IMG/VR virus record: IMGVR_UViG_3300030328_002321
Location: 21,959-85,958 of that record
Direction: 5' to 3' (one strand)
Length of the DNA: 64,000 nt
DNA from: a virus
Part shown: positions 1 through 7,550 of the stretch, piece by piece
Layout of the letters: each line of letters begins with the position of its first letter
Numbering within the stretch: position 1 is the stretch's first letter
Made by a program: the position numbers and the translations under genes
Notes under the pieces: model-generated
Databases searched by the model: none
What the model saw: the letters and a program-made list of their open reading frames with translations, nothing else
What the model was told of the DNA's origin: nothing

Positions 1-1533
1 ATAATAATCTGCTAACATAAACAAATTTCTGTTATAATCATCTTGTGTATGTGGTCTTCCTACATATGATGCTACAATTATATCATCTGGTTGTGATAAA
101 TTGTTAGGTCTTTTTAATACATATGCTGATCCTAAAGATGTGCTATCTGCAGATTGATTTTGACCATAAGGGTCATGGCATATTACATATAAATTTACTG
201 GAACTTGTTGTTGTTCATTTCTATAAGGTGATTCATATATTACAACTGCCCCTGTTTTATCATCATCTTTTCTGTGTGGAAATTTAGTAATAGGTTTTAA
301 ATCACCATCTATTTTAAACTTAACTTCTCCTTTTTCGTTATGATATAATTTACCTGCAGTACCTATTGCTTGTAAATTTCTAGCTTTTACATTATTATAT
401 TGTTCTTGTAATGATGCAATATCAAATAGGTTAGCTGTTATTTGTAATGTAGCTTCTTGGGGAGAAAAGGGGTGCTCAGCTATATATTGGTCTAAAGATT
501 TTGCATCTGCAGCCCCTTTTTTCTTTTCCCTCATTGTTTCTTCATATTCTATAGCTTCTTGTTGCTTAGAATTACCGTCATCATCTATAAATCCATCTAA
601 ATTCTTTTGTATTGGAATAAAGTATCCACATCTTGTACCTAGTGCTCCTTCATCCCATATATTTTCATAATCCATACAATCATATGCTGCTGGATTATAA
701 AATATTTCTTCCATAGCTTCAAAATCAGATCCTTCTGTACCACCTGTACCAAAAGCTACCATCATTCCTAAAGTTTTAGCACCTTGTCTCATTGTTGGCA
801 TTGTTACCTCCCATGCTTTTAATAATCCTGGAAATGATCCTGCTTCTTCAAAGAAAACTAATTCACCTGCCTTACCCCTTACTTTATCTGGATTATCTTT
901 TAAAGATACCCCCATAATTTGAGACTTCATCCCCATTTCTATCTCCATTCCATTTATCTTTTTCTTATATCCAGACATTTTATGCATTTCTCTATCTCTT
1001 AACCGAGGTTGAGCCCAAGCAGTATGATCATCTATAAAAGATAAAAACTCCCAAGCTTTTGAGAGTAATCCATCACCAATTAAAAATTCTTTAGAGGATG
1101 CAAATACAAAGTTTTTACTATTCCTAACAAAAAAGTAATTTCTAGCAAGCATAGATCCGGCTTTATAGGAATATCCCTTACGCCTTGCTTTTAAAACTAT
1201 CATATGCTTATTTTCTGCTCTAGCTTTATCTATTTCATGAAAATATTCATAATCTCCATCATAAAATCTTGGGAATGTACGTTCACGTTTTGCTTGTATT
1301 GATCCATCAGGTAATACTTCATCTACAGCTCTATCGATAGGACAATAGTTTAAATAAAAGTAATGAAAACCTGTGATATGTAATTCATCTATAGTATACC
1401 CATACATACATCTATTTTGTTCTTCATCCCAGAACTCATAGTATTCTCTAGTTCCTGGAAGTGCAGATGTATAGTGTCCGTATTTTATAAAGTTAACGGC
1501 GGCAGGTCTGACTCTGTCTGTTTCTTTGAGCAT
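1..1533 (-). CDS. terL: Terminase large subunit (3' part runs off the window)
   Basis: Not in the ORF track; translated by hand from ATG at 1533 and open to position 1. MLKETDRVRP..., with Walker A-like LKARRKGYSYK, Walker B VFFEEAG, motif III-like FGTGG and nuclease-domain ICHDPY, typical of crAss-like TerL. Confidence 0.95.
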   Translation of the reverse strand, partial: MLKETDRVRPAAVNFIKYGHYTSALPGTREYYEFWDEEQNRCMYGYTIDELHITGFHYFYLNYCPIDRAVDEVLPDGSIQAKRERTFPRFYDGDYEYFHEIDKARAENKHMIVLKARRKGYSYKAGSMLARNYFFVRNSKNFVFASSKEFLIGDGLLSKAWEFLSFIDDHTAWAQPRLRDREMHKMSGYKKKINGMEIEMGMKSQIMGVSLKDNPDKVRGKAGELVFFEEAGSFPGLLKAWEVTMPTMRQGAKTLGMMVAFGTGGTEGSDFEAMEEIFYNPAAYDCMDYENIWDEGALGTRCGYFIPIQKNLDGFIDDDGNSKQQEAIEYEETMREKKKGAADAKSLDQYIAEHPFSPQEATLQITANLFDIASLQEQYNNVKARNLQAIGTAGKLYHNEKGEVKFKIDGDLKPITKFPHRKDDDKTGAVVIYESPYRNEQQQVPVNLYVICHDPYGQNQSADSTSLGSAYVLKRPNNLSQPDDIIVASYVGRPHTQDDYNRNLFMLADYY

Positions 1534-1784
1534 TTATCTTTTATTTTAACTAATTCTGAACATTTTTCATATTCTTCTGTACTTGTAAAATATTCTATTA
1601 CAATATCTATTATATCTGGAGTTCTACCATCATCTATGATTGGATCAAAGGGTAAAGGAAAGCGATCTATGCTATCATTCTCTAAATCATAATAAATATC
1701 GTCAATAGTCTTTTTTTTAGTTATTATCATGTAAGCATTTTGCATTGCCTCATTATAAAGCTCTATATCTTCTAAATAATCCAT
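1485..1784 (-). CDS. Hypothetical protein with C-terminal UVR-like motif
   Basis: Acidic 99-aa ORF with EYFTSTEEYEKCSEL, resembling the UvrB/UvrC coiled motif; coupled to its neighbours. Confidence 0.6.
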   Translation of the reverse strand: MDYLEDIELYNEAMQNAYMIITKKKTIDDIYYDLENDSIDRFPLPFDPIIDDGRTPDIIDIVIEYFTSTEEYEKCSELVKIKDKCSKKQTESDLPPLTL

Positions 1785-2305
1785 TACATACTATATTTAT
1801 TCACTTCTATTCCACCTCTATTTGTATTAGCGGCTTGTTCTTCTTTTTTAACTATTTCTTCTAAATTTCTAAGACCATCTACTACCTTACCCATTTTTTC
1901 TAAGTTATTAATTAGGTCTTTAGCATGAAAAATTGGTCGACCATTATCATCTATTAAAGTTAAATCTATATCTCTAAAATATTTTTCTAATTTTATTACA
2001 GATTCTCTTGCAGCTCTTAATAATCTAACTGCAGATGTTTCTATTAATTTATCATACTTTTTACACGCTGCTAATATTTTAGGGGTAGGTGTAAACTTAC
2101 TTTCTGCTCCAAATATACTATTTTTTACTTCAACTATACGCTGTTCCCATTCATAAACAGAAAAAGGTGATTTATGATCTGTTGTAAAGTATACAAAAGC
2201 AAGTTCTTTTGGTTTTAATTCTTTGAATTCTAATATAGTTAAAGCATATCCACTAAGAACAGCTTTATTATCTACTATGTGTATTAAATCATCTCTCAGA
2301 CTCAT
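1784..2305 (-). CDS. Conserved crAss-like protein upstream of terL (possible small terminase)
   Basis: 173-aa helical ORF ending NRGGIEVNKYSM, close upstream of terL; the function is inferred from synteny only. Confidence 0.55.
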   Translation of the reverse strand: MSLRDDLIHIVDNKAVLSGYALTILEFKELKPKELAFVYFTTDHKSPFSVYEWEQRIVEVKNSIFGAESKFTPTPKILAACKKYDKLIETSAVRLLRAARESVIKLEKYFRDIDLTLIDDNGRPIFHAKDLINNLEKMGKVVDGLRNLEEIVKKEEQAANTNRGGIEVNKYSM

Positions 2306-2555
2306 TTTCTTTTTTTAAATTTTCTAAAGCTTGTAATATTGTAGGAAATTGCATACAATAATCATATAATATCTTTTCATCTTCTGTATGCTTTTTCTTA
2401 TTGTTATGTATTAAAACATATTTAAATAAAGCTTCTATATTATTTTGTAACTGTTTTTCTTGATTACGTATTAGCATATATGCATCATAATCAATTTTCT
2501 TAGGTGCTCCATTAAGGAAAATTTTTTTCTTAGTTTTCTTTTGACTCTTTATCAT
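2289..2555 (-). CDS. Hypothetical protein
   Basis: 88-aa ORF overlapping both neighbours in the operon. Confidence 0.6.
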   Translation of the reverse strand: MIKSQKKTKKKIFLNGAPKKIDYDAYMLIRNQEKQLQNNIEALFKYVLIHNNKKKHTEDEKILYDYCMQFPTILQALENLKKENESER

Positions 2556-2772
2556 TATTTTTTTTATTTTTTAAAGCAGTTAAATATTTAACTCTATTTG
2601 GATTCACAGAAAACTTACCAAAATAAGGAAGTCTTACCATTTCAAATTTTCCCTTTTTCATAACTTTCTCTACAAATTTAAACTGATGATTTACTATTTG
2701 TTCTATTTTTTGTAGAGGCAACTTATATTTAGTTGCTAGTAGCTGTATTATCGCCTTTTTGTCTTTGGCCAT
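2530..2772 (-). CDS. HU/IHF-like DNA-binding protein
   Basis: Basic 80-aa protein with two N-terminal helices, then VRLPYFGKFSV matching the HU/IHF 'V.L.GFG.F' signature. Confidence 0.75.
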   Translation of the reverse strand: MAKDKKAIIQLLATKYKLPLQKIEQIVNHQFKFVEKVMKKGKFEMVRLPYFGKFSVNPNRVKYLTALKNKKNNDKESKEN

Positions 2773-3046
2773 CTAATATTTGTTTTTTCCATCTTTGTGG
2801 TTTATCTGGACATGTAGTTGTTTTCCACTTTGCTTTATGTTCTAATAAACATCCACATAATCCGCATCTCATCTGAGGCTTTAAAACATGTTCACAATTA
2901 TTACACGCTTCTAATCTTTGTACATAATCTTCTGTTGTTACATTTGGTGCTCCTTGTTTTACATATTCTTTTAGATCTCTTGCAAAAGAACTAATCATAT
3001 TAAATAATGAAGGCGGTTGTATCTTAGGATCTTCTGGATTATTCAT
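2729..3046 (-). CDS. Cys-rich metal-binding protein (DUF6171-like)
   Basis: RLEACNNC...RCGLCGC...KAKW...CP...RW pattern. Confidence 0.7.
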   Translation of the reverse strand: MNNPEDPKIQPPSLFNMISSFARDLKEYVKQGAPNVTTEDYVQRLEACNNCEHVLKPQMRCGLCGCLLEHKAKWKTTTCPDKPQRWKKQILDGQRQKGDNTATSN

Positions 3047-3155
3047 AATAATTTATTTTAATCGTTAATAATTCTCCATTTCTATCTTGTAGTATTATTA
3101 TTTCCATATCTCCTATTTCAAAATAGGATGGAACTATTTCTTCGAATATTCTCAT
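3039..3155 (-). CDS. Small hypothetical protein (38 aa)
   Basis: Hand-translated MRIFEEIVPSYFEIGDMEIIILQDRNGELLTIKINYYE; fills the gap with overlapping start/stop codons at both ends. Confidence 0.55.
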   Translation of the reverse strand: MRIFEEIVPSYFEIGDMEIIILQDRNGELLTIKINYYE

Positions 3156-3502
3156 TAGTCTTTCTTTATTATTACTTCTACAAAAGAAGTATCTGGATTT
3201 AAAAAAGGATTTAACGAATATATATTATTATTTTTATTCAAAACTCCTTTATCCTTAAATCTTTTTACATAATTATTTAAAGTATTATAATCTTTTATTC
3301 CTACTATCCTTGCAACCTCTCTTTTATTTTTTACACTGCATATATTTTCTTCACTAGTAATATTCTGTACATCTATAAATGCAGATAGTATTTGCATACC
3401 TTTTTCCGTTAAATTAAAAATACCATTCCATAATTGTACGTATTTATACGTAGTATCTATATTAACAGTAATTTTTTTCCTATTTTCTTTTTTCTTTGTC
3501 AT
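3155..3502 (-). CDS. RepL-like winged-HTH protein
   Basis: KREVARIVGIKDYNTLNNYVKRFKDKGVL...YSLNP, an HTH followed by the Y.LNP ending seen in RepL-like proteins of crAss-like phages. Confidence 0.65.
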   Translation of the reverse strand: MTKKKENRKKITVNIDTTYKYVQLWNGIFNLTEKGMQILSAFIDVQNITSEENICSVKNKREVARIVGIKDYNTLNNYVKRFKDKGVLNKNNNIYSLNPFLNPDTSFVEVIIKKD

Positions 3503-3683
3503 TTTCTAGTATTTTAATAAGACCATTTTGTGTGTTTAACGGTCTTGAGTTTTTAAATGTACGGTATTCTTCAGGATTAAATATAAGTTTAACTTCTCTT
3601 ACTAATTTATTATCATCATATTTTACAATCCATCTATTTTTATAGTGCATTTTCTTTCTTTTCAACTGTGCTAAATAACTCAT
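3480..3683 (-). CDS. Hypothetical protein
   Basis: 67-aa ORF with an ATGA-type overlap to the upstream gene. Confidence 0.55.
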   Translation of the reverse strand: MSYLAQLKRKKMHYKNRWIVKYDDNKLVREVKLIFNPEEYRTFKNSRPLNTQNGLIKILENDKEKRK

Positions 3684-3919
3684 TTCTTTTGCATTTTAAC
3701 TGTTCCGTTTGTATCTATTTCAATAATAGAAGATTTAGATTGTTTATTAAACTCTGTAACATATGGGGCTATATCCGTACGAGTTACTAAAAATGATAAG
3801 AATACTTGTAATTCTTTTAATAATCTATCACTTTTTTCTTGTAACTCAATAGTTTTTATCTTAGCATCTAATAATGCATGATAATCTTCAAGTTTTAGAG
3901 TAACTTGGCCTTTTACCAC
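3680..3919 (-). CDS. Hypothetical protein
   Basis: 79-aa ORF coupled to groES. Confidence 0.6.
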   Translation of the reverse strand: MVKGQVTLKLEDYHALLDAKIKTIELQEKSDRLLKELQVFLSFLVTRTDIAPYVTEFNKQSKSSIIEIDTNGTVKMQKK

Positions 3920-4182
3920 TTTCCTAATATTTGATGTTCTGATATAATTAAATATAACTGACCATCAATCTCTGTTCTTGCAGCTTCTGATCTAGGATCT
4001 ACCATAACAGTATCCCCTTTTTCTACAAAATGACAATTAGGTCCAACAGCTAGCGCCTCCAAAACGTTTGATCGCTTTGCATTTTCCTTAGCTGTAGCCT
4101 CATCTAAGATTATTCCTGATTCTGTTTCTGTAATTACTGGGTCTGGAAGGACAACCCACGATCCACTTGGTTTAAAATTCAT
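3913..4182 (-). CDS. groES: GroES/Cpn10 co-chaperonin
   Basis: MNFKPSGSWVVL...TESGIIL (mobile loop)...AVGP...VEKGDTV...IDGQLYLIISEHQILG is the classic Cpn10 signature. Confidence 0.9.
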   Translation of the reverse strand: MNFKPSGSWVVLPDPVITETESGIILDEATAKENAKRSNVLEALAVGPNCHFVEKGDTVMVDPRSEAARTEIDGQLYLIISEHQILGKW

Positions 4183-4199
4183 ATCTATATATTTTTATG

Positions 4200-4232
4200 C
4201 AAATATATAAACAAATTTTTTATAGTTCCAAA
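4200..4232 (-). promoter_or_regulatory. Bacteroidota sigma-A promoter for the groES-terL operon
   Basis: On the minus strand, TTTG (4232-4229), a 21-nt spacer, then TATATTTG (4207-4200), matching the -33/-7 TTTG/TAnnTTTG consensus, just upstream of the groES ATG. Confidence 0.8.
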
Positions 4233-4256
4233 TATTTTAAAGAAAAGTTTTAATAC

Positions 4257-4510
4257 GAGAGAATTAGATATAACTCTCCCCCTTGAGGATTCTATTTCAA
4301 GTTGTGATTTCACTCTAGCAGTGCTCCGTTTTACGGGACCCAAGGATACTAAAACTGGTGTTAATTCACCGCACTTACCTGTGTGCATTGTATCCTAACT
4401 AGAGCTTATACGTTAACTCTTTTGCAACTACCGGAGAAAACTCTATCTCTATTTGAGACTACAATCCGATGTCTAATCCCTTTTTTGTTTACCGGGGGAT
4501 GATAATGTTG
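4257..4510 (-). ncRNA. Candidate large structured noncoding RNA (about 250 nt)
   Basis: GC-enriched island between two leftward promoters with many nested helices (CUCUAG/CUAGAG, AGGAUAC/GUAUCCU, GGUG/CACC, GCAC/GUGC, AGUUG/CAACU, GGAUU/AAUCC, GGAUUAGA/UCUAAUUC) and crossing pairings; family not recognised. Confidence 0.6.
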
Positions 4511-4515
4511 CAGTG

Positions 4516-4546
4516 CAAAATTAATAAAAATATATTACAATGCAAA
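4516..4546 (-). promoter_or_regulatory. Bacteroidota sigma-A promoter upstream of the candidate ncRNA
   Basis: Minus strand TTTG (4546-4543), 19-nt spacer, TAATTTTG (4523-4516); predicted TSS near 4510. Confidence 0.75.
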
Positions 4547-4606
4547 TAAAAACACACAAATCATTAATAAAATATATATGACAGGAGAAATATCAAATTT
4601 TTTCAT
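4535..4606 (-). CDS. Putative 23-aa leaderless membrane peptide
   Basis: MKKFDISPVIYILLMICVFLFAL; the ATG lies 5 nt downstream of a TATATTTG -7 box (4618-4611). Confidence 0.45.
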   Translation of the reverse strand: MKKFDISPVIYILLMICVFLFAL

Positions 4607-4787
4607 ACTACAAATATACCTACCCTGATCTCTAGGGATGTTAAGGAAATGTTAAATTTTAAAATAAAAAAAATTTTTTTTGATGGGTTTGTGAACGTGT
4701 GAACCAACACAATCAAAGACCCCCGCTATGCTACGCACTTAAAACACCCCGCATTGGGATTGTTAGTGTTAATACATAATTTGCCTT

Positions 4788-5042
4788 ATGGATAATCCAA
4801 TTTTAGCGACGTATATACGTCCAACTCAATCACTCAACCACGTAATGGTTGCGTATCAACCTAATATATTCTCTACTAATAAGATTATTGCTTATGTAAA
4901 GAATAGTGACTTTTTTAAATCCTTTGTTAAAGGACAAGAGTTTAAATTACCAGCTAATCCTCGTCCTGAATTTCGTTTCACCGAAGATGGAGAGAGATAT
5001 GAGTATTCTGATGGTACACCGCAAGTGTATTTAGAGTGGTAA
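4788..5042 (+). CDS. Hypothetical early protein
   Basis: First plus-strand ORF (84 aa), followed by a terminator. Confidence 0.65.
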   Translation: MDNPILATYIRPTQSLNHVMVAYQPNIFSTNKIIAYVKNSDFFKSFVKGQEFKLPANPRPEFRFTEDGERYEYSDGTPQVYLEW

Positions 5043-5045
5043 GAT

Positions 5046-5066
5046 AAGGGACTTTGTCCCTTTTTT
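5046..5066 (+). terminator. Intrinsic terminator
   Basis: AAGGGAC-TTT-GTCCCTT stem followed by a T-run, directly after the stop codon. Confidence 0.7.
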
Positions 5067-5221
5067 CTACCACAATCAAAACAATTACGCACACACGGTC
5101 AACAGACCTTTGCTAAACTTCGCAAGTTTGTAAGTGTGCAAGTCAGGTCGTATTCACCACTTTTTACCACAATCTGACACTCAATCAATTTAATCACATA
5201 ACATAATATAACATTAGTAAT

Positions 5222-5578
5222 ATGAAATACGTTAGAACACAACTAAAAGATGCTCACACTACAAGAGATGGTGTAGTATCTAAAATAGCTGACCTTACAA
5301 CTAGTCATTTAAATAACATTATAAAGTTTTGGACAATAAGAGCATATCATGGAGTATCAGTATCATATCCACCAATGGATGATGGTAAAGGAAATGTATG
5401 TGAAGATGGTGGCAAGCTTTATTATGACGGAGTAGCTATATTAAGAGAAATAAGTTTATTATCATACATTATAGAATACAATAAAAGAGATAATTGCTTT
5501 GCTGATTACAATGCAATATGTAAAGAAGTTGGCGGTAATGGTAGTATTCGTGATGAATATCCTTATGACTGGGATTAA
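5222..5578 (+). CDS. Hypothetical early protein
   Basis: 118-aa ORF with an A-rich leader. Confidence 0.65.
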   Translation: MKYVRTQLKDAHTTRDGVVSKIADLTTSHLNNIIKFWTIRAYHGVSVSYPPMDDGKGNVCEDGGKLYYDGVAILREISLLSYIIEYNKRDNCFADYNAICKEVGGNGSIRDEYPYDWD

Positions 5579-5604
5579 ATTATTAACTAAACATAAATAA
5601 AGAA

Positions 5605-5880
5605 ATGGAAACAATAGTATTTTTATTAGGCATTCTATCTGCCTACGCATTTGGCTTTATGTCAGGCATATTATTTGATAGATATAAATATAATAAATTA
5701 ATAGAAAAAGATATAAAACTGCAACAAGCAGAAGAATTATCTAAAACTAGAAAGAATAAAACTCCAAGACCTATTAGTAAAAAGATAGTCTATGATTTAA
5801 ATGATGATAGATTACCAACAGGTTTTGGCACATTTGGAACAGGGAACAGTAATGGTCCATCTAAAGAAGCAACAATATAA
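5605..5880 (+). CDS. Hypothetical membrane-anchored protein
   Basis: N-terminal hydrophobic helix IVFLLGILSAYAFGFMSGILF followed by a charged tail. Confidence 0.65.
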   Translation: METIVFLLGILSAYAFGFMSGILFDRYKYNKLIEKDIKLQQAEELSKTRKNKTPRPISKKIVYDLNDDRLPTGFGTFGTGNSNGPSKEATI

Positions 5881-5977
5881 TAACTATGAGTAGGGTTTTT
5901 GTTAATGTCAATCTTATTTAGTCGTAAACTTAGACATTATTTTTTGTTTTCATAATACTTGTTCCTACTCATAGTTA
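5881..5977 (+). other. Intergenic long stem-loop (family member 1)
   Basis: Perfect 14-bp inverted repeat TAACTATGAGTAGG (5881-5894) / CCTACTCATAGTTA (5964-5977), with inner TAATGTC/GACATTA. Confidence 0.75.
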
Positions 5978-6121
5978 CCTTTAAAAAGACTCACAAACTC
6001 TACTTATCATCACTACTTTGATAGATGATGGGAGTATGATAAGAGTCTTTTATCCTTTAACAAGGTTTGTGATATACCTTTTTAAAATCACTAATTAATC
6101 CATTTAAAACCAATTAAACAA

Positions 6122-6787
6122 ATGGCAAATCAATTAAACAGTGGTAGTCTTAACACTTTAAAATTAGACGAAACTTTACTATCTCATGTACAAAAAGCAG
6201 CTAATGATTCATATCAAGCTTGTTTTGTCGAGAGAATTGACCGTAATGGTACACCACCAACAGATTCAGATAATGATGAAATAGATGCATTATCTACTCT
6301 AAACTATGGTGATTCAAGATTTCAAAGAGGCAGTTTAACTTATGTGTATACAAGAATTACACCAGAGAGTATTGCTTTAATGAATATCAAGAATGCTGAC
6401 GGTTCAAACTTTGACCTTGATGCAGCTGAATTTTCAGCTAAAACTACAAAAGCAGGTAAAGTTGTACAAGCGTGTGATTTAAATATCTTAAATCCTACAA
6501 TTCAAGAATCTACTCATCCAGCAATGGGAATGAGATACAGAGTTAAGCTTGTAGAAACTCATGAGCCAACACAATGGCAGTTAGACAACAGTGCACATAA
6601 AATTAATCCTTCAACTAAAGAAGAATTAACTGTAACTGACCCAGCAACTGGTGAAGTTAAGAGAATTTATAGTGGACATAAAATGGTATTTGCTACAGCT
6701 AACCCTAAACATATGCTTATTGCACATGATAGAGTAGCAGTAACTAGTGAATCTAATGTTGTTCAAGAAGAAATGAGTATGATATAA
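6122..6787 (+). CDS. Hypothetical protein (221 aa)
   Basis: Long ORF preceded by the AACCAATTAAAC motif; function unknown. Confidence 0.75.
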   Translation: MANQLNSGSLNTLKLDETLLSHVQKAANDSYQACFVERIDRNGTPPTDSDNDEIDALSTLNYGDSRFQRGSLTYVYTRITPESIALMNIKNADGSNFDLDAAEFSAKTTKAGKVVQACDLNILNPTIQESTHPAMGMRYRVKLVETHEPTQWQLDNSAHKINPSTKEELTVTDPATGEVKRIYSGHKMVFATANPKHMLIAHDRVAVTSESNVVQEEMSMI

Positions 6788-6809
6788 CAGATAAGGCAAT
6801 CTGTGTATT

Positions 6810-6888
6810 GATATAAAATGAGGGAGGAAAATCTGGTTTGTACCTATAGGTGCTGTAATCTCAACCCAGTGCTCCCTTGTTTTGTATT
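6810..6888 (+). other. Intergenic long stem-loop (family member)
   Basis: GATATAAAATGAGGGAG (6810-6826) pairs with CTCCCTTGTTTTGTATT (6872-6888) over 17 bp; all four non-Watson-Crick positions are G-U on the + strand. Confidence 0.7.
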
Positions 6889-6905
6889 TAATTTAAAATA
6901 AGTTT

Positions 6906-7154
6906 ATGGCAAAAAGATATGATATAGAGATACCATCAGTTGTGGAAAGGACTGTGGTACACGAAGAAATTATTTTTAAAGGAAAGAAAATAATTAGAGA
7001 AAGAATTGTAAAGAAAATAAAACTACCTAAAATAATCACGAATGATTATAGTTATGAAATGTTAATGGGATTTAAGCCTGGTCTCCCAAGATATGGGAAT
7101 AAAACTACAGGAATAGAATCAGTTAGTGTCAACATAAATAATCATTCGATTTAA
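6906..7154 (+). CDS. Hypothetical protein
   Basis: 82-aa ORF in the early operon. Confidence 0.6.
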   Translation: MAKRYDIEIPSVVERTVVHEEIIFKGKKIIRERIVKKIKLPKIITNDYSYEMLMGFKPGLPRYGNKTTGIESVSVNINNHSI

Positions 7155-7176
7155 TTTAGGATTTAAAAATTTAAAC

Positions 7177-7293
7177 ATGGAATTAGATACTACAAGAGAA
7201 ATAGTTATTAATGTAGCAGAGGTAAAATTATTATGGTTATGCTTAGGTATAATGTTAGGATATGTGCTCTGCGAAATAAAAAATAGACAATAA
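7177..7293 (+). CDS. Small membrane protein (38 aa)
   Basis: Hand-translated MELDTTREIVINVAEVKLLWLCLGIMLGYVLCEIKNRQ; TAATG overlap with the next gene. Confidence 0.55.
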   Translation: MELDTTREIVINVAEVKLLWLCLGIMLGYVLCEIKNRQ

Positions 7294-7550
7294 TGGGACA
7301 AATGAAATGGATAGTTAGTCTTGCAGAAGATGGGAGACTAGAAGAATACATGAAAGTGTATTATGAAAATTTAGCTAATAACTGTGCTGGCTTTACATAT
7401 GATGGAAAGTTTTTAAGTATGATGAGAGCTACAGCGGTATTAAAGTTATTAAAAGAAGCTAGTTCAAAATATAATTCGTATCTTGAAGAGCGAGCTGAAC
7501 AAGAGCAAGCACAACGAATATATAATAACGAAATAGACGCAAGAAAATGA
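7293..7550 (+). CDS. Hypothetical protein
   Basis: 85-aa ORF with an ATGA overlap to polA. Confidence 0.65.
   Translation: MGQMKWIVSLAEDGRLEEYMKVYYENLANNCAGFTYDGKFLSMMRATAVLKLLKEASSKYNSYLEERAEQEQAQRIYNNEIDARK

Noticed and set aside
4185-4388. 67-aa ORF in the track (MHTGKCGEL...)
   Set aside because: It runs through the structured GC-rich element and the groES promoter and has atypical composition; more likely incidental to a noncoding RNA.
4450-4470. GAGACTACA resembling the group I intron P7/R element on the + strand
   Set aside because: No matching downstream S element (..UAGUC) and no interrupted gene.
5089-5178. Possible tRNA
   Set aside because: No T-loop GTTCGA or D-loop consensus, and the arm lengths do not fit a cloverleaf.
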